Notes: generated by a model from the letters alone, not told the origin. A DNA stretch of 64,000 nucleotides from an uncultured bacterium (GCA_903870275.1 CAIQCK010000103.1:3819-67818); one strand, 5' to 3'; numbered from the stretch's first letter, positions 16,513 through 26,845 are shown. Numbers and translations: made by a program.

Positions 16513-18084
16513 ATGGCACGATTGCAGCGGCGGGACTGGGGCATTGCTGCATTGATCTTCCTGGCGAGCGCCGCGATACGCATCCCGTTTCGCAGTGAAC
16601 TGGCTTATCATTGGGATTGCATCGAGTTCTCACTGGGGATCAGCGACTACAACATGCTTCTCAACCAGCCGCATCCGCCCGGTTATTTTCTTTTTGTGAT
16701 GCTGGGCCGGCTGGTGAATCTGTGGCTGGGCGACCCGCACGCGAGCCTGGTGTGGGTCAGTCTTGTCGCGGGCGCGGCCGTGGCGGGCGGCGGTTATCTG
16801 CTGGGCACGTCGCTTTTCGGCCGGGCTTGCGGCGCAGCCACCGCCGTGATTCTGGCCACCGGCCCGACGTGCTGGTTCCACGGCGAGGTGGCCATGGCCA
16901 CGATGCTGGATTCCGCGCTGACACTGGCGACGGTGCTCGTGTGCCTGTGGGCCATCCACCGGGGCGGCGCGTGGTGGCAGGTGGCGCTCATGTCCCTGTC
17001 GCTGGCGCTGGTGGCATCCAACCGGGGCCACGTGGCCATCACCCTGGTGCCGTTCTGGCTTTACACGTTTTACCGGCTGCAACCACCCCGCGGGCTGAAG
17101 TTGCTGGCGGGGTTGCTGATGACCGCCGTCTTCTGTCTGGCATGGCTGGCGGCGTTGGCACACCTCTGCGGCGGCTTTGACGTTTACCTCGGCTGTTCCA
17201 TCCGCATGTGGCGGCGGCTGGGCGAGTATATGCCCTGGGGCTCGGGCATGTTCCAGGTGGTCGCCAGCGCGATGCAAATGGCGGCCTGTTGCTGGACGGG
17301 CTTGCTGCTGGCGGCCGTCATTGCGATCATCGAATTGGTGCGGTGGGCGATGTTTCAATCGCGTGAAAACAAAATCCGGTTCTTCGCGCAGCACCGCGAA
17401 TCATTGCTGCTATTGGCTTTTTGGCTGGGGCCGCAGGTGGCGTGCGGTTTGTTTGTGTTCTTCACGACCTCGCCCGGCCACGTGCTGAGTTACTTCCCGG
17501 TGCTGGCCGTGCTGGCTGGACTGGCGTTGTGCCGGGCCGCCGGCGGTCTCGGTGGAGAACGCCCTGCCGGCGGACTGAAATGGCCGGTTTTGTTTGCCGT
17601 GCTGGGCGCCGTCGCGCTGGTCAACGCGGGCGTCTTTATCTTCCAACCCAGAGGGTCGTTCGCGCTGCCGCTCACCTCGGCGCAACGCCGGCAGGACGAG
17701 CAACAACTCAAATCCTATTTCAAAACAATCCGCTCCGGTTATCCGCCGGAGACAACGTGGATTTGTCATTATGGCGAGTTTTTGTACTGTGGTTTTCAGC
17801 ACTTCGCGTATTACATGCCGGAGTATCACAACGTGTTGCTGGAGCGCGACCGGGCCTTGCCCAAACCCTACTCGGAAGAATTCTGGGTGAGCCACCAAAG
17901 ACACCTGACGTTTATCGAGCGTCTGGAGTGTCCGCCGGGCGTGACGCGTCTGTTGCTGGTGGTGCCGCCGCCCTGGTCGCTCGATTCCCTGTTCGCGCGG
18001 TTTTTTGACCTCGCCAAAGCGCGCCCGGTGCCGGGAACAGCGGGCATGTTGTTCGAGCTGCCCGTCGAGATCGCCCGCCCATGA
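16513..18084 (+). CDS. ArnT/PMT_2-like (GT-C fold) membrane glycosyltransferase candidate
   Basis: The N-terminus GIAALIFLASAAIRIPF...YHWDCIEF...NQPHPPGYFLF resembles PMT_2/ArnT family starts. About 11 TM helices. ATG at 16513 (a GTG at 16504 is also possible). Confidence 0.7.
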   Translation: MARLQRRDWGIAALIFLASAAIRIPFRSELAYHWDCIEFSLGISDYNMLLNQPHPPGYFLFVMLGRLVNLWLGDPHASLVWVSLVAGAAVAGGGYLLGTSLFGRACGAATAVILATGPTCWFHGEVAMATMLDSALTLATVLVCLWAIHRGGAWWQVALMSLSLALVASNRGHVAITLVPFWLYTFYRLQPPRGLKLLAGLLMTAVFCLAWLAALAHLCGGFDVYLGCSIRMWRRLGEYMPWGSGMFQVVASAMQMAACCWTGLLLAAVIAIIELVRWAMFQSRENKIRFFAQHRESLLLLAFWLGPQVACGLFVFFTTSPGHVLSYFPVLAVLAGLALCRAAGGLGGERPAGGLKWPVLFAVLGAVALVNAGVFIFQPRGSFALPLTSAQRRQDEQQLKSYFKTIRSGYPPETTWICHYGEFLYCGFQHFAYYMPEYHNVLLERDRALPKPYSEEFWVSHQRHLTFIERLECPPGVTRLLLVVPPPWSLDSLFARFFDLAKARPVPGTAGMLFELPVEIARP

Positions 18085-18085
18085 A

Positions 18086-18107
18086 GCCGGCCAGGCAACC
18101 GGCCGGC
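18086..18107. terminator. GC hairpin between convergent genes (possible bidirectional terminator)
   Basis: GCCGGCC-aggcaacc-GGCCGGC, a 7-bp perfect stem lying between the stops at 18084 and 18113. There is no U-tract. Confidence 0.3.
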
Positions 18108-18112
18108 ACGAA

Positions 18113-19675
18113 TCACTGCTTGCTTCGGTAGGAGCCAACCACCAGGTCGCTGATGAACCGCTCCGGGTTTTCCACGGCGGCGCGCGTCAGGATGAATTCG
18201 TTCTGGCCGGAGTTTTTCTTGATCAGCCGCAGGCCAAACTCAAAGTCCTTGAACAACTCATCGCAGAAGTCGCGCACCGGACGCTGCGCGGCGAGCGCCC
18301 GCTCCACGACGGCTTCGACACCGTCCGGATCAAAGCCGAGTGTCAACTCGTGTTTCCGGCTGAACCGCTCCGCCCACTGCCGCGCCAGCATGCGCGCCAC
18401 GATCTGCGGCTCATAGTTCGGATCGGCGAGCAGTTTCTCCAGCTCGCGCGCCGGGTTCTCGATCACCTCCGCGGTGACAACAAAACTGCGGACACTGCTC
18501 GATGGCAGATGAAACTTGAACTCGCGCAACGCCCGCTCGCAAACCGTCAGCAGCGCGCGCGCGCCGGTCCGCTCGGTCGCCGCCTGCCGGGCAATGGCGC
18601 GCAAGCCCTCCTCCGCAAAGAGCACGTCAATGCCGAACGCGCGGAAACTCTGCTCATACTGGTGGATCACCGAGCCTTCGCTCTGCCTGAGAATGGCGAA
18701 CAGGTCGTCCTCGGCCAGTTCGTCGCACACGACGCGCACGGGCAGCCGGCCGACGAACTCCGGCTCGAAGCCGAACTGGATGAGGTCCTCCGTCGTCGCT
18801 TTTCGCAACAGGTCGCCGCGGGGAATCTCGCCGCGGATTTTCGCGCCGAAGCCGATCTGCGCCTCGCGCAGCCTCGATCGGGCGATGTCCTCGAGTTTGT
18901 CGAAGGCACCGCTGACGATGAAGAGGATGTGGCGGGTGTTGATGGTCTGCCGCTTGATCTTGCCGTGGCGCTGAAATTCCATCGCCGCCTGGAGCTGGCC
19001 GGTGAGGTCGGTCTGCGAACGCAGCGGCACCTCGGTTTCCTCCATCAGCTTCAGGAGGTTGCTCTGCACGCCACGGCCGGAGACGTCGCGGCCGATGTTC
19101 TGCGCGGCGGCGGCGATCTTGTCAATCTCGTCCACGTAGATGATGCCGTATTGGGCGAGCTTGACGTTGCCGTCGGCGCGCGCGACCAGCTCGCGCACGA
19201 GGTCCTCGACGTCGCCGCCGACGTAGCCGGTCTCGCTGAACTTGGTGGCGTCGCCTTTGACAAACGGCACGCCGATGAGCTGGGCGATGCAGCGGATGAG
19301 GTAGGTCTTGCCCACGCCGGTCGGCCCGATGAGCACCACGTTCTGCTTGTGATACTCGTGGGTGGCGCGGCCGGTCTCGGCGAGCTTGACGTGGTTGTAG
19401 TGGTCGCACACGGCGATGGAGAGAACTTTCTTGGCCTCGTCCTGCCGGATGACGAACCGGTCGAGATGGGCCTTGATGTCCTTGGGCTTGAAGTTGAAAT
19501 CGAACGTGAGCGGCTTCTCCTCGGCGGCCTCGCCGGGTTCGTCGGTGGCAGCCCTCTCCGGCTGGTTCGGGACGCTGACGAAGACAGCCTTGTCGCCAAA
19601 CTGCTGTTTCATGAAATCGGAGAGTTTCTTCTGCACCTCTTCCGGCGTCGGCGAATTGTTCGCTTGTGGTTTCAT
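18113..19675 (-). CDS. ClpX-like AAA+ ATPase lacking the N-terminal zinc-binding domain
   Basis: Walker A GPTGVGKT, pore loop GYVG, Walker [11 protein letters not shown], and an IGF-type loop (AQIGFGAK). There is no Cys cluster at the N-terminus, and a C-terminal extension of about 130 aa. Start at MKPQANN (19675). Confidence 0.88.
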   Translation of the reverse strand: MKPQANNSPTPEEVQKKLSDFMKQQFGDKAVFVSVPNQPERAATDEPGEAAEEKPLTFDFNFKPKDIKAHLDRFVIRQDEAKKVLSIAVCDHYNHVKLAETGRATHEYHKQNVVLIGPTGVGKTYLIRCIAQLIGVPFVKGDATKFSETGYVGGDVEDLVRELVARADGNVKLAQYGIIYVDEIDKIAAAAQNIGRDVSGRGVQSNLLKLMEETEVPLRSQTDLTGQLQAAMEFQRHGKIKRQTINTRHILFIVSGAFDKLEDIARSRLREAQIGFGAKIRGEIPRGDLLRKATTEDLIQFGFEPEFVGRLPVRVVCDELAEDDLFAILRQSEGSVIHQYEQSFRAFGIDVLFAEEGLRAIARQAATERTGARALLTVCERALREFKFHLPSSSVRSFVVTAEVIENPARELEKLLADPNYEPQIVARMLARQWAERFSRKHELTLGFDPDGVEAVVERALAAQRPVRDFCDELFKDFEFGLRLIKKNSGQNEFILTRAAVENPERFISDLVVGSYRSKQ

Positions 19676-19831
19676 CGCGGCCGAATATACACGGCGGGAA
19701 TAGTGGTTGCACCGCCATTCCGCGCGCGGGCGGGCCATGCCGCTCCAAACACACCGTAAATTTCCGCTGGCCCGGCGCACTTCCTGTTTGACGCGTTTCC
19801 CTTGGGTTTGCTAAAAGCCACATGCGCTTTT

Positions 19832-20620
19832 ATGGCTATGATGTTCGGCAACCTGCTAATTCGAGCGGTCGGCGGCGTTCTTGTATTGAGCGCGGCGGCC
19901 TCCGCGACCCTGGCACAAACCGCCGGTGATTTTTTTATCCTCAAGATCGGCCAGCGCCGTGACGTCGTCATCACCCGCGCTGACGCGAAGAATCTCTATT
20001 ACCAAACGCCCAGCGGCGACGCGCCCATGCCGTGGCCGAGCATCAAGAACGAGCCGGGCAGTTGGAATCTGGCCGACCGGCCGGGCGTCAAAGAGGCGCT
20101 CGCCAGCGCCGATGCCGGCCAATACGCCGCCGCGCTGGCGGTCTTGAAACCGCTGGTGGAACGCTACATGGTGCTGCCGGTGCCGTGGGTCCAGGACGCG
20201 GTGGTCGCGGTGGTCCGGTGTCATACGGAGTTGAAGCAGTTCGCCGACGCGGACGCCGTGGCGAAAAAGTTTTCGGAATTCCAGCCCGGTCAGGCCAATC
20301 GCGTGAAGCCCTACCTCGCCATCGCGCTGGCCGGCCAGAAGAAGTATGACGAGGCGATCACTGTGCTCAGCGAAGTGGTCAAGTCCAGCGAAACCAAACT
20401 GGTCGTGACGTTCGCGGAGGCGCGGATGTTCGGCCTGGCGTATCTGGCGCTGGGCGACTGCTACGCTGCCAAAGGCGATGCCGCCAAAGCGCTGGAATGT
20501 TATTTGACGACGGCCGTCCTTTATTATCAGGATGAACCGACCGCCCGCCAGGCGCAGGCCAAGGCGGACGAATTGAAAAAGAAACTGCAACCGCAAACAG
20601 CCAAGGCATCCGATCAATAA
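19832..20620 (+). CDS. secreted TPR-like repeat protein
   Basis: Signal peptide (LVLSAAASATLA). Helical repeats include AYLALGDCYAAKGDAAKALECYLTTAVLYY. The ATG at 19832 is preferred over the TTG at 19802. Confidence 0.7.
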   Translation: MAMMFGNLLIRAVGGVLVLSAAASATLAQTAGDFFILKIGQRRDVVITRADAKNLYYQTPSGDAPMPWPSIKNEPGSWNLADRPGVKEALASADAGQYAAALAVLKPLVERYMVLPVPWVQDAVVAVVRCHTELKQFADADAVAKKFSEFQPGQANRVKPYLAIALAGQKKYDEAITVLSEVVKSSETKLVVTFAEARMFGLAYLALGDCYAAKGDAAKALECYLTTAVLYYQDEPTARQAQAKADELKKKLQPQTAKASDQ

Positions 20621-20677
20621 CAGCGTTTCACCACGAAAGCAAAAGTGCGTCGTCTTTGAGCCAACCGGAAATAACTT

Positions 20678-21646
20678 ATGAAAAATAAATTGAACATCCG
20701 TTTCGAAGCTCGTCATCGCTGGACGGCGGTCGCCACGCTGTTGGCTCTGAGCGCGGCATGGCCGGCCAACGCTTCGGCCGCGGCGGCTCATGAGACGCTG
20801 TGGGACACGCTCAAAGCCGGCGGTCCGATGCTGATCCTCATCGGCGTTCTCTCCGTGCTCACCGTGGGACTGATTTTGGAGTGCTCCTTCCGGCTGCGCG
20901 TGTCCAAAGCCGCGCCGAAGGCGATCGTGGATTTGTTGCAAAAGGCCATCGCCGACGGCAACTACCAGGAAGCGTGGCGCGTGTGCGACAAGAACCCCAC
21001 CTTCATGACCAACGTCCTCAAGCCCGCCATCCAGCGTGTCGGCCGCGGCAAGGAGGTCGTCCGCGAAATCATGTCGGACCACGCGTTGAAAGAGGCGATG
21101 GGCTGGCGCGCGCGGTGCAGCTATCTCTCCATGATCGGCGTCGTCGCGCCGATGTTCGGCCTGATGGGCACGGTGGTGGGCATGATTCACGCCTTCGCCG
21201 CTCTCGCCGGCGGCGGCATCATCGCCGACCCGACGAAGCTGGCCGGCGCCATCTCCGAGGCGCTGGTGAACACCGCCGCCGGTTTGTTTGTGGCGGTGCC
21301 TGGGTTCATGGCCTTTTACTTTTTCCGCAACCGCACGCAGGAAGTCATCGTCGCGGTTGAAGACGTCCTCAACATCCTCCTGGAGGACGTTCCCTACGAT
21401 CAGCTCCAGGGCATCAAGATCGGCCCGCAACTCGAAGCCGAGCTGAGCGGCGAGGCGGCTTCCACCACTCCATCCGGCGGTGAGGCGGGTTCTGCCTCTC
21501 CATCCGGCGAAGGAGCCGCGGGCGAGATGCCCAAGGCGGCGCCGGCTGCGGGCGCGGTCATCGTCCCCTGCCCCAACTGCAACGCGCAGATTCCGCAGGG
21601 CATTCCGACCTGCCCCAACTGCAAGTCCACGCTGGAGTGGGCCTGA
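20678..21646 (+). CDS. MotA/TolQ/ExbB proton-channel family protein with a C-terminal zinc-ribbon tail
   Basis: The core LSMIGVVAPMFGLMGTVVGMIHAF...ISEALVNTAAGLFVAVPGFMAFYFF is typical of ExbB/TolQ. The tail ends in CPNCNAQIPQGIPTCPNCKS. Confidence 0.9.
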   Translation: MKNKLNIRFEARHRWTAVATLLALSAAWPANASAAAAHETLWDTLKAGGPMLILIGVLSVLTVGLILECSFRLRVSKAAPKAIVDLLQKAIADGNYQEAWRVCDKNPTFMTNVLKPAIQRVGRGKEVVREIMSDHALKEAMGWRARCSYLSMIGVVAPMFGLMGTVVGMIHAFAALAGGGIIADPTKLAGAISEALVNTAAGLFVAVPGFMAFYFFRNRTQEVIVAVEDVLNILLEDVPYDQLQGIKIGPQLEAELSGEAASTTPSGGEAGSASPSGEGAAGEMPKAAPAAGAVIVPCPNCNAQIPQGIPTCPNCKSTLEWA

Positions 21647-21703
21647 GCGCGGGATGGTGTTCGAAGCCATGATGGTCTAGCTTGGCAGTAGCCGCGAGAA
21701 GCC

Positions 21704-22192
21704 ATGAGAAAAGAGTCCAAAGCCAGCAGGTTCATGAACGACATGGAGGATCCGGACATCTGCATCGCAGCGATGGCGGATTGCCTGTTCGTGCTCCTGA
21801 CTTTTTTCATGTCCATTTGCTCGCTGGACGTGATGCGCGCCACATTGGAGGTGGCGCTACCGGACGCGCTGAGCGCTCGCGAAATCAAGGAAGGCCGCCA
21901 GGGCTGGGCCTACATCCACATGGTCTGGCAACCGGTGGAGCGCGTCGCAGTGACCACTTTTGAAGGAAAACAATACACCGAGCCGGAGCAGCTCGCGCCG
22001 ATCCTCAGCCGGCGCATGAACGATACCAACCTCAAGAGCGCCTACATCCGCGCGCAAAAAGACTGCCCGTATATTTTCATCTCGCGCCTGACCAAAGTGA
22101 TCGCCGAAGCGGGCATTCCCAACCTGGTCTTCGGGACTTACGAGTCGGGCGGCGCGGGAGCCAAGGCCGCCGCCGCCGCAAAAAAACCATGA
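21704..22192 (+). CDS. ExbD/TolR family biopolymer transport protein
   Basis: N-terminal TM with ICIAAMADCLFVLLTFFM, followed by a periplasmic domain (YIRAQKDCPYIFISRLTKVIAEAG). Confidence 0.85.
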   Translation: MRKESKASRFMNDMEDPDICIAAMADCLFVLLTFFMSICSLDVMRATLEVALPDALSAREIKEGRQGWAYIHMVWQPVERVAVTTFEGKQYTEPEQLAPILSRRMNDTNLKSAYIRAQKDCPYIFISRLTKVIAEAGIPNLVFGTYESGGAGAKAAAAAKKP

Positions 22193-22611
22193 GAACAGAA
22201 GCGCCGGAAGAACAGGAAATCGGTTTTCAGATCACGCCCATCGTGGACATCGTCGCGTTGCTGATCATGTTCTTCATGTGCACCGCCTCCAAGGTGAAGC
22301 CAGAAGGCCAGATCGGCGTCACCCTGCCCGGCTCCGGCGAAGGCGCCAGTGTCGCCGAAGTGGAAGTCTATCTCGGCATCCAGCCCGACGGCGCGGTCAC
22401 GTTCAACGAATCGCCCATCGGCACGCCCATGGACGACAAACTGCAACAGTTGCGCGACAAGCTCCAGTCCATTACCAAGCGGTTCGGCGACAAGATTCCC
22501 GTCTATATCGCGCCGGCGCCCAATTGCATGCACCAGCGCGTGATAGACGTGCTCGATGCCTGCGCCGCCTCCGGCATCAAAAACCTCTCCTTCTCCGAAG
22601 CAGCCGGGTAG
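22189..22611 (+). CDS. ExbD/TolR family biopolymer transport protein (second copy)
   Basis: ITPIVDIVALLIMFFM, and later VYIAPAPNCMHQRVIDVLDACAASG. Its ATG overlaps the preceding stop (ATGA at 22189-22192). Confidence 0.85.
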   Translation: MRTEAPEEQEIGFQITPIVDIVALLIMFFMCTASKVKPEGQIGVTLPGSGEGASVAEVEVYLGIQPDGAVTFNESPIGTPMDDKLQQLRDKLQSITKRFGDKIPVYIAPAPNCMHQRVIDVLDACAASGIKNLSFSEAAG

Positions 22612-22717
22612 CGTGGTGCCGCCCCGGGTTTCTTCCTTCAGAGTCTGTTTTTCCGCCTTGCCTTCGACTGCGCCGGCTCCTACGTTGCCGTGCGTGGTCA
22701 GGCGACTCAAATGCCCC

Positions 22718-22912
22718 ATGAAAACGACCGACAGCTACAAGGCCAAATTGGATATCTGGGCGCGGGAGCACCAGCCATGCCCACAGCCGAAGATCGCCAA
22801 TCTTCCGCGCTTTGGTTCCAAGAAGTTCAACTCCTACGCCGAGCTGAACGCGTGGAAGAAACAGCTGCTCGAAACGCTGGCCAGCCGCGGCGGAGCGCGA
22901 TGGACGACGTAA
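22718..22912 (+). CDS. small hypothetical protein (64 aa), possible partner of the downstream nucleotidyltransferase
   Basis: MKTTDSYKAKLDIW...FNSYAELNAWKKQLLETL has a more protein-like composition than the alternative frame (ORF 22690..). Its 3' end overlaps the next start by 13 nt. Confidence 0.4.
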   Translation: MKTTDSYKAKLDIWAREHQPCPQPKIANLPRFGSKKFNSYAELNAWKKQLLETLASRGGARWTT

Positions 22913-23349
22913 TCCGCCTATTCAACCGGCATCGCGTGCGCTACTTGCTGATCGGAGGGCAGGCTGTGCGATTGGAGGGCATGCCGCGCTTCACCATGGA
23001 CTGGGATTTTTATGTTCCTGCGCGTGATGCGGTGAACATTGAAAAGATCAACCGTCTGTTGGCCGACGAACTGGACGCTCCATTGCTCCCGCTCGGCCCG
23101 CACGGCGAGAATTTTGTGCAAACCTATCAGACTCGCTGGGGAATCATCCAATTCCACCTCGGCGGTGTTGGACTTCCGGCTTTCGATAAAGCTGAAAAGC
23201 AAACCGTGGTTCATGTCACCGAAACCGGCGCCCGCGCGCGCTGCATGTGCACCAAGGACTTGATTGCGAGCAAGAAGCGCGCCGGACGCCCGCAGGACTT
23301 GCTCGACGTGGAGTTCTTGAAAAGAAAAACGGCGGCGAGTTCCTCTTAA
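22900..23349 (+). CDS. minimal nucleotidyltransferase (Pol-beta superfamily, MNT/DUF6036-like)
   Basis: LIGGQAVRLEGMPRFTMDWDFYV fits the G[GS]-x(9-13)-D-x-D NTase signature. 149 aa counted from the ATG at 22900. Confidence 0.7.
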   Translation: MDDVIRLFNRHRVRYLLIGGQAVRLEGMPRFTMDWDFYVPARDAVNIEKINRLLADELDAPLLPLGPHGENFVQTYQTRWGIIQFHLGGVGLPAFDKAEKQTVVHVTETGARARCMCTKDLIASKKRAGRPQDLLDVEFLKRKTAASSS

Positions 23350-23411
23350 AGAGATCCGCCACCCGCTGCCAGCACACCCAGCCGGTGTCCGTGCAATTTG
23401 GAAAGAATAGT

Positions 23412-23439
23412 TTGACAAGTCAGGGGCGATTCCTAGGAT
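23412..23439 (+). promoter_or_regulatory. sigma70-like promoter candidate for fabG-acpP-fabF (TTGACA-16 nt-TAGGAT)
   Basis: -35 TTGACA at 23412-23417 and -10 TAGGAT at 23434-23439, 16 nt upstream of the fabG ATG. Confidence 0.4.
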
Positions 23440-23454
23440 ACGCGCGGCTTTTTT

Positions 23455-24198
23455 ATGGGCAATCTAAACGACAAAATTGCGTTGGTTACGGGCGCGGGCC
23501 GCGGCATCGGCCAGGCTATTGCGCTCAAACTGGCTGCGAACGGCGCTGATGTGGCCGTCGTGGACCTCAAACCTGAGTTCTGCACCGAGACGTGCGACAA
23601 GGTCCGCGCGCTGGGCCGCCGCGCCTGGGCGTACGGCGCCGACGTCTCCAAAGCCGCCTCCGTGGAGGAGACGGTCGCCAAGGTCCTCGCCGACTGCGGC
23701 AAGGTGGACATTCTGGTCAACAACGCCGGCATCACCAAGGACACGCTGCTCATGCGCATGAGCGAGGCGGACTGGGACATGGTGCTGGACATCAATCTCA
23801 AGGGCACGTTCCTCTTCACCAAGGCGCTCGCGCGCGATTTCGTCAGACAGCGCTCCGGCCGCATCGTGAACATCGCCTCCGTCATCGGCCTCGTCGGCAA
23901 CGCCGGCCCGTGCACCTACGGCGCGTCCAAGGCCGGCGTCATCGGCCTGACCAAGTCCGTGGCCCGCGAGTTGGCCTCGCGCAGCGTCACCTGCAACGCC
24001 GTCGCCCCCGGCTTCATCGAAACAAAGATGACGGCGGCCCTCGGCGAGGAGATCCGGCAGAAGCTGATGACCCAAATCCCGCTGCGCCGGCTCGGTTCCC
24101 CCGAGGACGTGGCCAATGCAGTGCATTTTCTGGCAAGTGACCAGGCCGCTTACATCACCGGTCAGGTCTTGACAGTGGACGGCGGAATGGTGATGTAA
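23455..24198 (+). CDS. fabG: 3-oxoacyl-ACP reductase FabG
   Basis: ALVTGAGRGIGQAIA, NNAGIT, the catalytic YGASKAGVIGLTKSVA, and the ending ITGQVLTVDGGMVM. Located directly upstream of acpP-fabF. Confidence 0.95.
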   Translation: MGNLNDKIALVTGAGRGIGQAIALKLAANGADVAVVDLKPEFCTETCDKVRALGRRAWAYGADVSKAASVEETVAKVLADCGKVDILVNNAGITKDTLLMRMSEADWDMVLDINLKGTFLFTKALARDFVRQRSGRIVNIASVIGLVGNAGPCTYGASKAGVIGLTKSVARELASRSVTCNAVAPGFIETKMTAALGEEIRQKLMTQIPLRRLGSPEDVANAVHFLASDQAAYITGQVLTVDGGMVM

Positions 24199-24234
24199 AT
24201 AGCAAACATCTGAGAGAATAAGGAGAATACAACC

Positions 24235-24492
24235 ATGGCAGACAACAAAGGCAAGCCCACCTTCGAGCGCGTTAAGGACATTATTGTCGAACAGCTCGGC
24301 GTCAACCCCGACCAGGTGAAACCGGAAGCGCGTTTCATCGAGGACCTCTGCGCCGACTCGCTGGACACCGTCGAGCTGGTCATGGCTTTCGAGGAAGAGT
24401 TCGGCACCGAGATTCCCGACGAGGATGCGGAGAAGCTCCAAACCGTCGGCGACGCGGTCAAGTATATCGAGGAAAAAGCTCCCAAGAGCTAA
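24235..24492 (+). CDS. acpP: acyl carrier protein
   Basis: 85 aa, with the phosphopantetheine attachment motif [21 protein letters not shown]. Confidence 0.97.
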   Translation: MADNKGKPTFERVKDIIVEQLGVNPDQVKPEARFIEDLCADSLDTVELVMAFEEEFGTEIPDEDAEKLQTVGDAVKYIEEKAPKS

Positions 24493-24514
24493 GCTCCATT
24501 CGAGCGGTTTACAC

Positions 24515-24566
24515 GGGGCATTGGTGGCGGCGCGACAGGACGCTTGACAACCGCACCCAATGCCCC
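24515..24566 (+). promoter_or_regulatory. acpP-fabF intergenic stem-loop
   Basis: GGGGCATTGGTGGCGG (24515-24530) pairs with CCGCACCCAATGCCCC (24551-24566). The outer 10 bp are perfect, a 2-nt mismatch and 4 more bp follow inward, and the loop is 20 nt. Confidence 0.5.
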
Positions 24567-24581
24567 AACTGTCTAATTCAT

Positions 24582-25829
<1,248 letters not shown>

Positions 25830-25958
25830 GCGCCTTCCCGGGAGCGCGGGCATCCTGCCCCCCGACGTTCACGCGCAGGCGCAGCCAGTTAGAAGGCGGT
25901 TGATGGAACCGTCTCTGTTGCGACCACTTTTTTTATCCATACTTTATTCGAACGCAGC

Positions 25959-26792
25959 ATGCAATTTACCATCGTCACACCCAGCTTCAGGAATTCTTCC
26001 TGGCTTAAGCTGTGCATCGCCTCGGTGGCCGACCAGGGTGTGGAGGCGGAACACATCGTCCAGGACTCCTGCTCCGATGACGGCACGCAGGACTGGCTGC
26101 CGCACGACTCCCGCGTCATCTCCGTCATCGAAAAGGACACGGGCATGTATGACGCGGTCAACCGCGGATTCCGCCGCGCACGGGGGGAATTGCTGGCCTA
26201 TCTCAACTGCGACGAACAATACCTTCCCGACGCTTTGCGCAAGGTAAGCCGTTTCTTTGACCAGCATCCCGGCGTGGACGTGATTTTCGGCGACACCGTG
26301 ATCGTCGGCCCCCAGGGCGAATACATCTGCGAGCGCCGCGCGCTCCTGCCCCATCGCCTCCATACCCTCATCAGCATGAACCTGAGTTTCCTCACGGCCG
26401 CCACCTTCATGCGGCGGCGGGTTTTTCATGAACTCGGACTCCACTTCGATCCAAGCCTGCGTGACGTGGGCGACGCCGAATGGACACTCCGTTTGCTCAA
26501 GGCTGGAGTGCGCATGGCGACGATGAAAGAATTGACCAGCGCGTATACGGAGACAGGAACCAACATGAGCCTCGGCCCGAATATGGCTCGCGAACGGGCT
26601 GTCTTCGCCCAAACCGCCCCGCTGTGGGCGCGCACACTGGCCCCGTTCCTCGTGGCCTATTTCCGGTCCCGCCGATGGCGCGCGGGGCATTACCGCTGCC
26701 AACCGCATTCGTATGTCATCTACACCAAGGACGGCCCCAACGAGCGAAAGCTCTTCCAAGCGAACCAGCCGACCTTCCGATGGTCGCGGTGA
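25959..26792 (+). CDS. glycosyltransferase family 2
   Basis: MQFTIVTPSFRNSSWL...EHIVQDSCSDDGT...DTGMYDAVNRGFRRARGELLAYLNCDEQY, the classic GT2 N-terminal half. Confidence 0.85.
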   Translation: MQFTIVTPSFRNSSWLKLCIASVADQGVEAEHIVQDSCSDDGTQDWLPHDSRVISVIEKDTGMYDAVNRGFRRARGELLAYLNCDEQYLPDALRKVSRFFDQHPGVDVIFGDTVIVGPQGEYICERRALLPHRLHTLISMNLSFLTAATFMRRRVFHELGLHFDPSLRDVGDAEWTLRLLKAGVRMATMKELTSAYTETGTNMSLGPNMARERAVFAQTAPLWARTLAPFLVAYFRSRRWRAGHYRCQPHSYVIYTKDGPNERKLFQANQPTFRWSR

Positions 26793-26845
26793 CCCGTCAG
26801 AAATCACGACGAAGCACGCAACCCTTGATATGACCGCCCTTCTTC

